A stretch of DNA of 64,000 nt from Candidatus Omnitrophota bacterium (GTDB lineage: Bacteria; Omnitrophota; Gorgyraeia; Zapsychrales; JAHFFX01): contig JAHFFY010000009.1 of NCBI GenBank assembly GCA_023247705.1, positions 1,688 to 65,687 of the forward strand, given 5' to 3'. Below the pieces are notes generated by a model. That model saw nothing but the letters and a program-made list of their open reading frames with translations. It ran no database searches and was not told the origin of the DNA. A program made the position numbers and the translations under genes. How positions within the stretch are numbered: position 1 is the first letter of the stretch; the number at the start of each line of letters is the position of its first letter. Below are positions 10,686 through 20,292 of the stretch, piece by piece.

Positions 10686-10853
10686 TTTTCCTTTTCCTTT
10701 CTTTTAATCGAATCTCCTATGATTTACCCTCATTTATTCAACCTTTTATTTCTTGATCCAGTTAAAGAGATGGTGAACCTCGCTAGGCTGCGGCCGTAAA
10801 AATAACCGTTAACACGCCATCATTAATTTAGCATATTTTTGCTTCAAATAAAC

Positions 10854-13052
10854 CTACCAATAAAAAATTTTAAAATACCGAATACTGTCTAAAATAACCT
10901 TTATTTTGATCCTGGAGAGAATGTTCGAGTAAGTATCCGTCCATGGACGGATTTTTCGGGCGAGAGCCCCTTCTTTGATTGATTTCCACTTTAATTTTGA
11001 GGTCAATATCTGCGATTGCTGACGATCCCAGGTGATAGCGACCCAAGAAGAATCGAATCGGTTATAAGAAATCTCTCCATTTTCTTTCAAATACACATTC
11101 CCCCCTGAAACAGCGCCATTGGCGGCTAAAATTTCAGATAATTCCAAATATCTGTTACTGATATGAAAAAGGATCAACCCATCCCTTTTAAGAACCCTTT
11201 GGTAAACCTGCAGGGCTTCGACCGACAAAAGATGAATCGGGATCGAATCACTGCTGAAGGCGTCGATGATTAAAAGATCATATTTTTGCGCCGGTTGTTT
11301 TTGCAAAGATAATTTCGCGTCTCCAAAAATACAATTGACTCTGCCTGAGGCGTCTTTGAGATAAGTGAAATACCGCGTGGCCAGCTTATAAACATCCGGA
11401 TCAAGCTCAAAAAAATCCAGAGACTGATCCTCTTGGATATAGGATGCTAATGTCCCGGTTCCCAGGCCAACAATCCCGATTGTTTTAAACCCCCAAAAAG
11501 AAGATCTCAGGATCTCTCCCGCAGGAGTGGAATAATGATAATAGGTCAAAGGCGTCTTTTTATATTTCGCGTCCAGATATTGAGCTCCGTGTAAAGTCGT
11601 TCCATGCAAGAGAAACCGCGTATTGCCGTCATCATAAACCCTGTAGAGCCCGTAATAATTTCGGTGCCGTTCAATAAAGAACCGCAAAGCCCAAATGGCA
11701 TCTAATAAAGGCGTCAGAGCCATAATCAGGATCAAACTGATCAATAGCACCGTTTTCTTTTTATTGAATTCACTGAAAACAAATTTTAAACACACGAACA
11801 GAATAATCAACCCAAAGACATTGTATCCTTGATAAACCATCGGCCATATGATCAGAAGGATAACGCCATACATCAACCAGCGGAGATCATGAAAATTAAT
11901 CGGCTCTCTCTTTTTTCCAATCAACAGGCTTCCGGATAAAAGAATCAGGCCGACAAAATATTCCAGAAAAGAGGTCGTTGTCAGAGGGAGAATCCAGTTG
12001 ACAACAAAACCGCCGATGAAACTCCCCAGCGAAATAATAGCGTAAAAAAACGTCAGATGGGCTTTCCCTCCGGGTTTTGTTTGGTAAAGTTCTCGCTGAC
12101 AAAACATGCAGATGTGAAATAAAAAGAAGGCATAAAAAAAGAGCTCAATGACAAAAGGGATCATCGACCTTTTAAAATTCAGGAAATAAAATAATACGCT
12201 CCCCCCCATCGTCAAATATAATTTCTCATTAATCCAACGTGGACACCACGGCCGTTCTTTAAAATTCAAAACAAAAGAAAGAATATATAAAAACAGCGGC
12301 ATCATCCATAAGAGCGGAATCGGAGCAACCTCCGCAGTAATAATATTGGTGACGGACAAAAACATGATTGATCCGGTCATCCCCAGCAACAACCACCGGC
12401 TCACATCCTCTCCGTCAATCGTGATCACCGTGTCGGTGGATCGCTGTCTCTTTTCTTTCTTGACCCCAATGAACGCCAGCGACGCAACTTGCAAGACAGC
12501 TAGAATGAAATAACCGGCCCGCCAGATGTTCAGCTGTATTTTAAGATCAAAAAGGGATTCGAACAAAAACGGATAAGATAAAAGGGCGGATAAAGATCCC
12601 AGATTGGATACGGAATATAACGCATAGGGGTTGGTGCGTTCTTCTAATTCAGATGAGGAGACCCAGGCTTGCAAAACAATGCTAAACGTTGCGAGAACAA
12701 AAAAAATGCTTCCGATATTTTTCAATAATTGCCAGAAGACATCCACCGCCAAAGGCAATTGACTATTGATCGAAATGGAAGTCAATTGTCCACCCGGCAA
12801 AAACAGAAGTGGCAATAAGACCAATCCCGCATGCACCCAGCGGTAACGATCGATTCCCCATCTTTGAATGGCAAAATGGGCGTAGACATAGCCCAGCAAG
12901 AGGACCGCCTGAAAAAAGACGATACACCCTCCCCAGACTAAATAACTTCCGCCATACAATGGCAATAAAATTTTGGCGATGATGAATTCGATTTGGAATA
13001 ATAGAAAAGCGGCGAGGAAAATAATGAGCTGAAAGAGATTGATCTTTCGCAT
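10854..13052 (-). CDS. Fused MFS-like/spermidine synthase family membrane protein
   Basis: Motifs AFLLFQIE, VFFQAVLLLGYVYAH, PYALYSVSNLGS, RNYYG, LLHGTTLHGAQ, GIVGLGTGTLA, FELDP, GDAKLSL, YDLLIIDAFSSDSIPIHLL, FHISNRY and WTDTYSN. Confidence 0.92.
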   Translation of the reverse strand: MRKINLFQLIIFLAAFLLFQIEFIIAKILLPLYGGSYLVWGGCIVFFQAVLLLGYVYAHFAIQRWGIDRYRWVHAGLVLLPLLFLPGGQLTSISINSQLPLAVDVFWQLLKNIGSIFFVLATFSIVLQAWVSSSELEERTNPYALYSVSNLGSLSALLSYPFLFESLFDLKIQLNIWRAGYFILAVLQVASLAFIGVKKEKRQRSTDTVITIDGEDVSRWLLLGMTGSIMFLSVTNIITAEVAPIPLLWMMPLFLYILSFVLNFKERPWCPRWINEKLYLTMGGSVLFYFLNFKRSMIPFVIELFFYAFFLFHICMFCQRELYQTKPGGKAHLTFFYAIISLGSFIGGFVVNWILPLTTTSFLEYFVGLILLSGSLLIGKKREPINFHDLRWLMYGVILLIIWPMVYQGYNVFGLIILFVCLKFVFSEFNKKKTVLLISLILIMALTPLLDAIWALRFFIERHRNYYGLYRVYDDGNTRFLLHGTTLHGAQYLDAKYKKTPLTYYHYSTPAGEILRSSFWGFKTIGIVGLGTGTLASYIQEDQSLDFFELDPDVYKLATRYFTYLKDASGRVNCIFGDAKLSLQKQPAQKYDLLIIDAFSSDSIPIHLLSVEALQVYQRVLKRDGLILFHISNRYLELSEILAANGAVSGGNVYLKENGEISYNRFDSSWVAITWDRQQSQILTSKLKWKSIKEGALARKIRPWTDTYSNILSRIKIKVILDSIRYFKIFYW

Positions 13053-13131
13053 CTTTGTGAATTTTTCTACGCTTCTGCGGTAATGTTGGGCGGATTTTCC
13101 GAGGATGAATGTCAGTTGCTAACAAATGATT

Positions 13132-13554
13132 CTAATTCAGCCACCGCAGACGCGTCTGACCGTCGTTTTTTTCGACCCAAACCAAGATCGGTGGATAGCC
13201 CCTTCTCTCGGCAAAGGTTTTAATCTTCGGATAAAATTTGAGCACATACTGACGGTCGCTCTCTTTAATGAACTCGGGATTTCCCAAGAGATATTCCTGA
13301 TCATATCCCCGGAAAACAATCTGACTTTGCCCCAGAATAACGGCCTCTTGGCGATCAATACCGTCAGATTTCTTCACTTGGGAAAGATAAGACTTCATAA
13401 TCGCTTCTTTAGAAAAATCCTGTTGCCTCGAAGCACATCCTAGCATAATAAAAATTAAGATCATAGATGATTTGGATATTTCTTTGCTAAAACAGTCTAT
13501 CACCGGGCGAAAGAATGCCGTGGATGTTGGGAAGGTTGGGATATGATTTCGCAT
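13132..13554 (-). CDS. Putative lipoprotein
   Basis: Lipobox-like ILIFIMLG-C-AS followed by a small soluble domain. The start is probably downstream of 13554 (ATG at ~13464 or slightly upstream of it). Confidence 0.65.
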   Translation of the reverse strand: MRNHIPTFPTSTAFFRPVIDCFSKEISKSSMILIFIMLGCASRQQDFSKEAIMKSYLSQVKKSDGIDRQEAVILGQSQIVFRGYDQEYLLGNPEFIKESDRQYVLKFYPKIKTFAERRGYPPILVWVEKNDGQTRLRWLN

Positions 13555-13561
13555 ATTTAAA

Positions 13562-14821
13562 TTATGATTCTATCTTTTGCTTCAGCTGATTGAGCTCATC
13601 GGAAAGTTGCTTGATTTTTAAATCTCTCTGCTTAATCGATTGCTCGGAAAGTTCGTTTAATTGTTCCTGTTGGCTTAGCTGTCTTTTAAGATCCGCGATG
13701 ATTTTATCTTTTCCCTGGGATGGCCCTTGTTCTTTCTTCAGCTCATTTTCAAGCGAAACTAATTCTTTGTTCTGCTCCTGGATAACATCCGTTCTGACTT
13801 TTATTTCTTTTTTTTGGTCTTCCAGTTTCTTTTTAAATTTTCCTATTTCCTGTTTCAAAGCGGCGATTGATTTATTCAGTTTGACTTTAGAGGCGATCGG
13901 TTGTTTCTTATCTGTTTTTTCTTCGGCCTTTTTATTCCCCGCGACTTTTATATTCTCTCTCTGATAAGCCATTAATTGCTTCTCCAACAGTTTAATTTTT
14001 TGCTGATAAACGGCGATTTCTTTCTGATACAGTCCATTGGTCTGATTTAATTTTTCTTTCAAAGCAACGGTCTCTCCATTATATTTCTTCATGAGTTGTT
14101 TGATCTGATCTTGATCGACGGTTACTTTTCTGACCGGAAATTTTTGACGGACAGCCTGTTGTTTCATCATGGACAACGCTGAATCCCGACTCCGCAGTTC
14201 TTTCTCTTTTTGTTCCAAAAGGTTTTCATAATTGTCAATCCGGTGCTGCGCTTTATTGAGATCCGCTTTATTTTTCAAAAGAGCGTACTGGATCTTTTGG
14301 ATAGATTGCGTGCTGGTTAGATTTTGAGTTTGTTGCGAGCGCTCGTTGGCGGGATGGAGTTTAGATTCCAGGATCTTCAGCTGGCGTTCTTGGTTGCTAA
14401 TCTTCTTTTTTAGGAAATCTCTTTCTTTTTGGAGCTGATACGTCGAGTCAACCGCAGTGGGCTGAACCCGGCTGAAAGATCCCCGTGTGGATTGTTGATA
14501 AAAAAAATTTTCATCTTCCGATTTTTTCCCTTGAGAATAAAATTGCAGAGCGTACTTGGAAACAATATCCGGAGGGATATCGCGAGGCAAACCCATTCCT
14601 GCCTTGGCTAAATACACGCGGGCGGTCTCACAGGAAGGATCAATCAAAAAAGCTTTGCTAAATTCTTCGATCGATTTTCGGAAACGACCTTCCTCATAAA
14701 ATTTCTTTCCCAAATCACAATAATATTCAACGCTCAGCCGTTCCGCCCAAGTGATTTCACTGATTCCTAAAAACAGAAACATAAAAAGAACAATCTTGGT
14801 GTCCAATCGAGATGTGTGCAT
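13562..14821 (-). CDS. Exported TPR plus long coiled-coil protein
   Basis: Signal peptide ending ITWA-E, one TPR (YCDLGKKFYEEGRFRKSIEEFSKAFLIDP), then ~280 aa of K/Q/E-rich heptads. Confidence 0.8.
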   Translation of the reverse strand: MHTSRLDTKIVLFMFLFLGISEITWAERLSVEYYCDLGKKFYEEGRFRKSIEEFSKAFLIDPSCETARVYLAKAGMGLPRDIPPDIVSKYALQFYSQGKKSEDENFFYQQSTRGSFSRVQPTAVDSTYQLQKERDFLKKKISNQERQLKILESKLHPANERSQQTQNLTSTQSIQKIQYALLKNKADLNKAQHRIDNYENLLEQKEKELRSRDSALSMMKQQAVRQKFPVRKVTVDQDQIKQLMKKYNGETVALKEKLNQTNGLYQKEIAVYQQKIKLLEKQLMAYQRENIKVAGNKKAEEKTDKKQPIASKVKLNKSIAALKQEIGKFKKKLEDQKKEIKVRTDVIQEQNKELVSLENELKKEQGPSQGKDKIIADLKRQLSQQEQLNELSEQSIKQRDLKIKQLSDELNQLKQKIES

Positions 14822-14941
14822 AGCCGTCCCTTTTCATAAGTAGTTCAATCGAAGATGATATTGTCAAAATCCCTACATCCTTGCGAATTCTTTCATCATT
14901 TAGGAATTTTAGAAGAGTATTTATTAAAATCACATGCGGCA

Positions 14942-14971
14942 AGTATACCACCCTCAAAAATCAATTGTCAA
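14942..14971 (-). promoter_or_regulatory. sigma70-type promoter upstream of the minus-strand gene run starting at 14821
   Basis: The minus strand reads TTGACA-N18-TATACT, with TGG immediately before the -10 box (extended -10). Confidence 0.65.
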
Positions 14972-15049
14972 GACAACCATTTTGGTCTCAAGACGCACAT
15001 ATGTTCTATCCCGAGGTTGCTTTTATCATCCAGACGAGCTGATCCCTTT

Positions 15050-15304
15050 TTACTCAATGCGGCTTAACTGCGGCTGTTGTTTCGGAACCATCCCCATCAA
15101 AAGGGGAAGATTCTGCATCGTGGCGGGCTCCATTTTGAATATAAACGGCGACAGGCCTTCGATGTGGATATTCTGCAGATCCTGCAGAGGAACCGGCAGA
15201 GGAATGCCATCGGGATCGCGTTTGATCTGCAGGTTCAAATGATTCGCGTTGAAGAAGTTTTGGGTTGTCTGCTCTTTGTGACTTCCCGGGGACATCCCTG
15301 CCAT
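15050..15304 (-). pseudogene. Orphan fragment resembling the conserved C-terminal tail of Omnitrophota large proteins
   Basis: FNANHLNLQIKRDPDGIPLPVPLQDLQNIHIEGLSPFIFKMEPATMQNLPLLMG matches, from memory, the tail GGID(F/L)N...LQIKRDGNGVPLP...IEGLxPxI...NLPLLLG. The GGID and everything upstream of it are missing, and the apparent start lies inside an inverted repeat. Confidence 0.55.
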
Positions 15305-15339
15305 CTTTCGCCTTAGGCAACGGATGGCAGGGATGTCCC
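15289..15339. repeat. Perfect 17-bp inverted repeat (REP-like hairpin)
   Basis: GGGACATCCCTGCCATC (15289-15305) and GATGGCAGGGATGTCCC (15323-15339). The 17-nt loop itself contains GCCT-T-AGGC. Confidence 0.85.
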
Positions 15340-15410
15340 TTCGTTCGTCAAAGCCCTGTCCCTTTCCCCAATATTCCTTATTTCCACGATGAACATTTTA
15401 TGCTATAAGA

Positions 15411-18059
15411 ATGCCTATGGAAAATACCACCCCGATGCTCCGGCAGTATAACGAAATTAAAAAACAACATCCGCAAGCCATCCTGTTCTTCCGCCTCGGA
15501 GATTTCTATGAAATGTTTTATGAAGACGCCAAGGTCGCCTCCAACATCCTGGACCTTGTTTTGACCGGACGTTCCAACGGACGTAGCGAAAAAGTCCCGA
15601 TGTGCGGGATCCCGTATCATTCCGCGGAAGGCTACATTGCCAAACTCATCAAAGCCGGATTGAAAGTCGCCATCTGCGAACAGGTTGAAGACCCGGTGCA
15701 AGCCCAGGGTATTGTCAGGCGCGACGTAATCCGCACCATCACCTCAGGAACATACTTAGACGACCAAACAACCGATTCCCGCTATATCCTGGCCCTCAGT
15801 TTTAATGGAAAGGTCTGGGGAATGGCGATGATCGAATCCACCAGCGGCACGATCCAGGCGAACCAATACAGCGACCCGCAGCGGATCATTGAGATCATCG
15901 CCAAGATGCCGATCTACGAATGTATCTTCGCCGAGAATGATGAAGAAAAAATCAAAGAATTATTCCGTCATCATTTGGTCCGTATGAAAAATATCATTTT
16001 AAGCCCTTACGACGACTGGTATTTTAACGCACAGATGGCTAGAAAAAGTTTGTGCGATCATTTCAAGATCCACAACTTAAGCGGCTTCGGCATCGAAAAT
16101 CATCCTTTGGCCCAGGCCAGCAGCGGAGCGCTCCTGGAATATCTCAAGCAGATGAACAAACAACCGCTGCGCCATATCGATAAAATCAGTCTTTATACAG
16201 ACAGCTCTTATGTTTTTATTTCACCCGCCGCCTGTTATGGATTAGAAATGGAAGGCTTGTTAAAATTCATTGATCAAACGCTGACTTCGCTGGGGAAACG
16301 CAAACTGCGATACTGGATTTATCATCCGCTCAAAGACATTCCAGCCATCGAAGAACGACAAGACGCGGTGACCCTGCTCAAGGATTCTGCGGAAATCCAG
16401 CGTGCCCTCGAAAATTTATTGAGAAACACCCCTGATCTTGAAAAAAACATTTCTCGTTTAAGCTGCGGCTACACCTCGCCCAAAGACATGCTGGCGATCC
16501 GCAACACCTTACTGAAAATTCCTCTCTTGCAAGACGCGCTTAAAAATATTCAAAATCAGCTCTTCGCGCTCGAGGACATTCCTGAATTGCGGGAACTTTT
16601 GGAAAAAACGATCAATCCCGAGATGCCCCTTTCCCACAGCGAAGGAAAAGTCATCCGCACTGGATATCATACCGAACTTGATGCACTGAAAGACCTCCAG
16701 GAAAACGGCCGGAAATGGTTACAGAATCTCCAGGCCCAGGAAATCAAACGCACCGGGATCAATTCGCTGAAAATCGGATTTAATCAGGTCTTCGGTTATT
16801 ACATTGAAATCACCAAGGCGAATCTCAACAGCGTTCCCTCCGACTACATCCGGAAACAAACGCTGGTCAACGGCGAACGTTTTATCACGCCAGAACTGAA
16901 AACCTTCGAAGAAAAAATACTGACCGCCGAGGCCAAGATCCTGAAGATCGAAAACGAAATCCTCAATGAATTGAAACAGGAAATCTTAAAACATTCCGTG
17001 GCCTTGCATCATTTTGCCAATCACCTCGCGACGGTCGATGTCCTGTATGCCTTAAGCGTCTTGTCCCGTTTGCCCATTTACATCCGTCCCACCCTTACTG
17101 ATGACACCACCATCGATATCAAAGACGGCCGGCACCCGGTGGTCGAACGGACATCCTCTGATTCCTTTGTGGCCAACGACACCCTACTCGATTGCAGTGA
17201 AAATCATCTGATCATTTTGACCGGTCCGAACATGGCGGGAAAATCGACTTACATCCGTCAAACCGCGATCCTGGTCATCCTGGCACAGATGGGCAGTTAT
17301 ATCCCGGCGACCGCGGCGCGTATCGGGATCGTGGATAAAATTTTTACGCGCATCGGGGCCCACGATGACATCAGCAAAGGACAAAGCACCTTTATGGTTG
17401 AGATGAATGAAACCGCCGACATCCTCAACAATCTTTCCGGGCGAAGCCTCGTGATCCTCGATGAAATCGGCCGCGGGACCAGCACTTCCGACGGATTGAG
17501 TTTGGCCTGGGCCCTGGCCGAACATCTGCAGCAAAAAAAAGTGCGCACCATGTTCGCCACCCATTTTCATGAACTCGTGGCTCTGGCGGAACAATATTCG
17601 GGCGTCAAAAATTATAATGTCGCGGTCAAAGAATGGAAAGATGAAATTCTGTTCCTGCATAAAATCATTCCCGGCGGCAGCGATGACAGCTACGGGATTT
17701 ACGTGGCCAAACTCGCCGGGATCCCGGAGGCCGTAATCCAGCGCTCCAAAGAAATCCTCACCGAGTTGGAATTGAAGAATGATTTAAAAGAAAAGACCAA
17801 GATATCGCCTTCCGGGGAAAATCAATTGTCCTTATTTGGTCAGCCGGCGATCGGGGGCGGCACAGAAAGCAAACTGAAAACCCCGACTGTTTCTGTGCCG
17901 CCCCCTTCGTCCCTTTCATCGTCCCTGATCAAAGAACACAGCGATGCGTTGATGAAAGAAATCAAAGCCATCATCCAGTCCATGGACATTAATTCATTGA
18001 CACCGTTGGCGGCGTTGAATAAGATACATGAGTTAAAAAACAAAATTGAAAAAGGATAA
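15411..18059 (+). CDS. mutS: DNA mismatch repair protein MutS
   Basis: TPMLRQY, FFRLGDFYEMF, PMCGIPYH, GRHPVVE, Walker A GPNMAGKST, STFMVEM, DEIGRGTS, FATHFHEL and SYGIYVAKLAGIP. Confidence 0.99.
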   Translation: MPMENTTPMLRQYNEIKKQHPQAILFFRLGDFYEMFYEDAKVASNILDLVLTGRSNGRSEKVPMCGIPYHSAEGYIAKLIKAGLKVAICEQVEDPVQAQGIVRRDVIRTITSGTYLDDQTTDSRYILALSFNGKVWGMAMIESTSGTIQANQYSDPQRIIEIIAKMPIYECIFAENDEEKIKELFRHHLVRMKNIILSPYDDWYFNAQMARKSLCDHFKIHNLSGFGIENHPLAQASSGALLEYLKQMNKQPLRHIDKISLYTDSSYVFISPAACYGLEMEGLLKFIDQTLTSLGKRKLRYWIYHPLKDIPAIEERQDAVTLLKDSAEIQRALENLLRNTPDLEKNISRLSCGYTSPKDMLAIRNTLLKIPLLQDALKNIQNQLFALEDIPELRELLEKTINPEMPLSHSEGKVIRTGYHTELDALKDLQENGRKWLQNLQAQEIKRTGINSLKIGFNQVFGYYIEITKANLNSVPSDYIRKQTLVNGERFITPELKTFEEKILTAEAKILKIENEILNELKQEILKHSVALHHFANHLATVDVLYALSVLSRLPIYIRPTLTDDTTIDIKDGRHPVVERTSSDSFVANDTLLDCSENHLIILTGPNMAGKSTYIRQTAILVILAQMGSYIPATAARIGIVDKIFTRIGAHDDISKGQSTFMVEMNETADILNNLSGRSLVILDEIGRGTSTSDGLSLAWALAEHLQQKKVRTMFATHFHELVALAEQYSGVKNYNVAVKEWKDEILFLHKIIPGGSDDSYGIYVAKLAGIPEAVIQRSKEILTELELKNDLKEKTKISPSGENQLSLFGQPAIGGGTESKLKTPTVSVPPPSSLSSSLIKEHSDALMKEIKAIIQSMDINSLTPLAALNKIHELKNKIEKG

Positions 18060-18061
18060 TC

Positions 18062-18149
18062 AGTTGTCGGGTTACGGGTTTTACGGGTTAGCGGGTTAAA
18101 TGAGCTAATTTCAAACCCGTTAAACTCGCAACCCGCAAACTCGCAAACT
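18062..18149. repeat. Intergenic imperfect palindrome built from short tandem units
   Basis: Four CGGGTT units (18068, 18075, 18084, 18092) mirrored by four AACCCG/AACTCG units (18114, 18123, 18130, 18138), filling most of the mutS-mutL spacer. Confidence 0.75.
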
Positions 18150-18154
18150 AATTT

Positions 18155-19966
18155 ATGGGCAAAATACACCTTCTCTCCCCAGATATCATCAGCAAAATCG
18201 CCGCCGGAGAAGTCATCGAGCGTCCGGCATCGGTCATTAAAGAACTCATCGAAAATTCGCTGGATGCCGGGGCGACCGACATTGAACTCCATCTGAAAGA
18301 AGCCGGCAAAACCCTCATTCGCCTGAAAGATAACGGATCGGGAATCGAACCGGATGATCTGGAAAAAATTTTCCTTCGGCATTCCACAAGCAAAATCAAA
18401 GACATCGAGGATCTTTTCAATATTCATTCGTTAGGATTCCGCGGCGAAGCGCTCTACAGCATCGGAGCAGTGGCGGACGTGACGTTAAAAAGCAAGACCA
18501 ACGGTCAGGACAACGGCTGGCAGATCCACATGCGCGGCGGGCAACAATCGCAGCTGAAACCCGTGGTCATGGGCCAAGGCACCGATATCGAAGTGAAGGA
18601 ACTTTTTTTCAACACTCCGGCGCGTAAAAAATTTCTCAAAACCAATTCGACCGAGATCAATCAAATCCTCAATATTTTTCTTCCCTATACGTTGTTATAT
18701 CCCCAATGCCGTTTCCTTTTATCGCATCAGGACAAAACGTTGATCGACCTGCGCTTAAGCAAACAATTGAAAGACCGCATCGCCCAGTCTTTAAACCTCG
18801 AGACCAAACATTTGCTCGAAGCTCAAAAAAATTTTTCGGAAGAAAAAATTTCAATACACATGGTCTTGGGTGACATAAACATTCAGCGGGCTCAAAGAGA
18901 CATGCAGTTTCTCTTCATCAATGACCGCCCTGTGCAAAACCGCGCCATTCTCTTGCGCATGAACCAACTTTACCGTGCGCTCCTCGCGCCGGATGTCTTC
19001 GCGTTCTTCAGCCTCTCTATCGAAATCCCACCGGAAGACGTGGACGTCAACATGCATCCCACCAAAAAAGAGGTCAAAATCAAAAGCGAAACAGAAATAA
19101 TCAATCTCATCAGCGCGTTAGCGCAAGAAACGCTCCTCAGCTGCAGTAAAGCCAAACAGGTGAGCCTTCCAATATCCAAAAAAGAAGAACAAGTGGTGAA
19201 CAATGATCTCTCCTCACCCGTCATTCGCGAAAAACAATCGGCGCAATCATCGTCATCCGTATCTTCTATAAAAAACCTTAAATCCGATCCCGCTGAATCC
19301 ATTGAACCATTCGGCAAATACGCCGCCCAACATTACGCCTTTCAAAACCCTCCCGTCAAGGAAGGCCAAACGGCAAATTTTTTGACCGAAGAAGAAAACA
19401 CGCTGAACTACAAACTTGCGATTGCCCGTTATATCGGGACGTTTATGAAAAAATTCCTGATCTTCGAGACCGGCACCTCGCTTTTGGTCGTCGATCAGCA
19501 CGCGGCCCAGGAACGGATCGCCTACGAAGGATTTATCAAACAAATGAGTTTGGGAAAAATCGAAGTCCAATCGCTGTTGAGTCCATTTCTGTTGAAACTC
19601 TCCAAGCAGGAACTCCTCTCGTGGGAAGAAAACAAAACGAAACTGGAAGAGATCGGAATCAGCACCAACTTGTGGGACAAAGAAACGCTTGCGATTCACA
19701 GCTACCCGCATCTTTTGAAGAAACCCGAGATCGCCACCCGTTATCTCCTATCCGGAGAAACGATCACGTACTGCGACCACGAAACCATCGCCCGCAGGGC
19801 CTGCCGTTCCTCGGTCATGGCCGGAGACGCTATGGGCCCCTCGCAGGTCGAATATCAACGCCAACAACTCCTCAAATGCCAGGACCCGTTCACCTGTCCG
19901 CACGGGCGACCGACCGTCATTGAGATGACGGAAAATTTTCTGGATAAACAATTTTTACGGAAATAA
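18155..19966 (+). CDS. mutL: DNA mismatch repair endonuclease MutL
   Basis: GHKL motifs KIAAGEVIERPASVIKELIENSLDAGA, DNGSGI, LGFRGEAL, LFFNTPARKKFL and DVNMHPTKKEV. C-terminal nuclease motifs DQHAAQERIAYE, ACR and CPHGRP indicate the MutH-independent type. Confidence 0.99.
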   Translation: MGKIHLLSPDIISKIAAGEVIERPASVIKELIENSLDAGATDIELHLKEAGKTLIRLKDNGSGIEPDDLEKIFLRHSTSKIKDIEDLFNIHSLGFRGEALYSIGAVADVTLKSKTNGQDNGWQIHMRGGQQSQLKPVVMGQGTDIEVKELFFNTPARKKFLKTNSTEINQILNIFLPYTLLYPQCRFLLSHQDKTLIDLRLSKQLKDRIAQSLNLETKHLLEAQKNFSEEKISIHMVLGDINIQRAQRDMQFLFINDRPVQNRAILLRMNQLYRALLAPDVFAFFSLSIEIPPEDVDVNMHPTKKEVKIKSETEIINLISALAQETLLSCSKAKQVSLPISKKEEQVVNNDLSSPVIREKQSAQSSSSVSSIKNLKSDPAESIEPFGKYAAQHYAFQNPPVKEGQTANFLTEEENTLNYKLAIARYIGTFMKKFLIFETGTSLLVVDQHAAQERIAYEGFIKQMSLGKIEVQSLLSPFLLKLSKQELLSWEENKTKLEEIGISTNLWDKETLAIHSYPHLLKKPEIATRYLLSGETITYCDHETIARRACRSSVMAGDAMGPSQVEYQRQQLLKCQDPFTCPHGRPTVIEMTENFLDKQFLRK

Positions 19967-19986
19967 TCTTTATTTAAATCAAATAT

Positions 19987-20015
19987 TTGACGCTGGAGAA
20001 AAACTATTGTATATT
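19987..20015 (+). promoter_or_regulatory. sigma70 promoter of the DUF5678-like/aspartyl protease pair
   Basis: TTGACG (19987-19992)-N17-TATATT (20010-20015), followed by an AGGA RBS and ATG at 20035. Confidence 0.7.
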
Positions 20016-20034
20016 GTTTGCGATAGGACACACG

Positions 20035-20292
20035 ATGAACAAACCATTCTCCAAAAAACAACCAATCTTGATTGACGACGATTCCTGGCTCAAATCCCAT
20101 TTTGAGTGGCTGATTGATCATTATCCCGGCCAATATGTCGTGGTTGCCAAAGGCGAAGCGTTCATCGGCCGTAACGTCATCGCCCTCGAACGTCAAGCCA
20201 GAGAAAAACATCCTCACGCCACGACAACAGGGATGCCCATCCCGCGACAGCAGGATCTCTTCGCGATCCGCCGTCAGTGGTTTCGTAAATGA
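20035..20292 (+). CDS. DUF5678-like small protein
   Basis: WLKSHFEWLIDHYPGQYVVVAKGEAFIGRN...AREKHP...MPIP fits the YxGxYVxV...G pattern. Start moved to ATG 20035 because the track's TTG start coincides with the -35 box. Confidence 0.75.
   Translation: MNKPFSKKQPILIDDDSWLKSHFEWLIDHYPGQYVVVAKGEAFIGRNVIALERQAREKHPHATTTGMPIPRQQDLFAIRRQWFRK

Noticed and set aside
598-14957. Short overlapping ORFs in the left region (e.g. 608-886, 9643-9921, 13126-13443, 13590-13964)
   Set aside because: They overlap better-supported genes in another frame or strand and have no motifs.
15401-15419. Extended -10-like TGCTATAAG just before the mutS ATGs, suggesting a leaderless transcript
   Set aside because: The -10 lacks the conserved final T and there is no -35, so it cannot be supported without TSS data.
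18062-18149. CRISPR array
   Set aside because: The units are only 7-9 nt with no unique spacers, and no cas genes are present. I saw no CRISPR array anywhere in the window.
19987-20034. TTG start for the 101-aa ORF
   Set aside because: The TTG is the -35 box of a consensus promoter, while ATG 20035 has an RBS.
15378-20217. Minus-strand ORFs opposite mutS and mutL (e.g. 17184-17660, 17840-18427, 19253-19711)
   Set aside because: Antisense shadows of strongly conserved genes.
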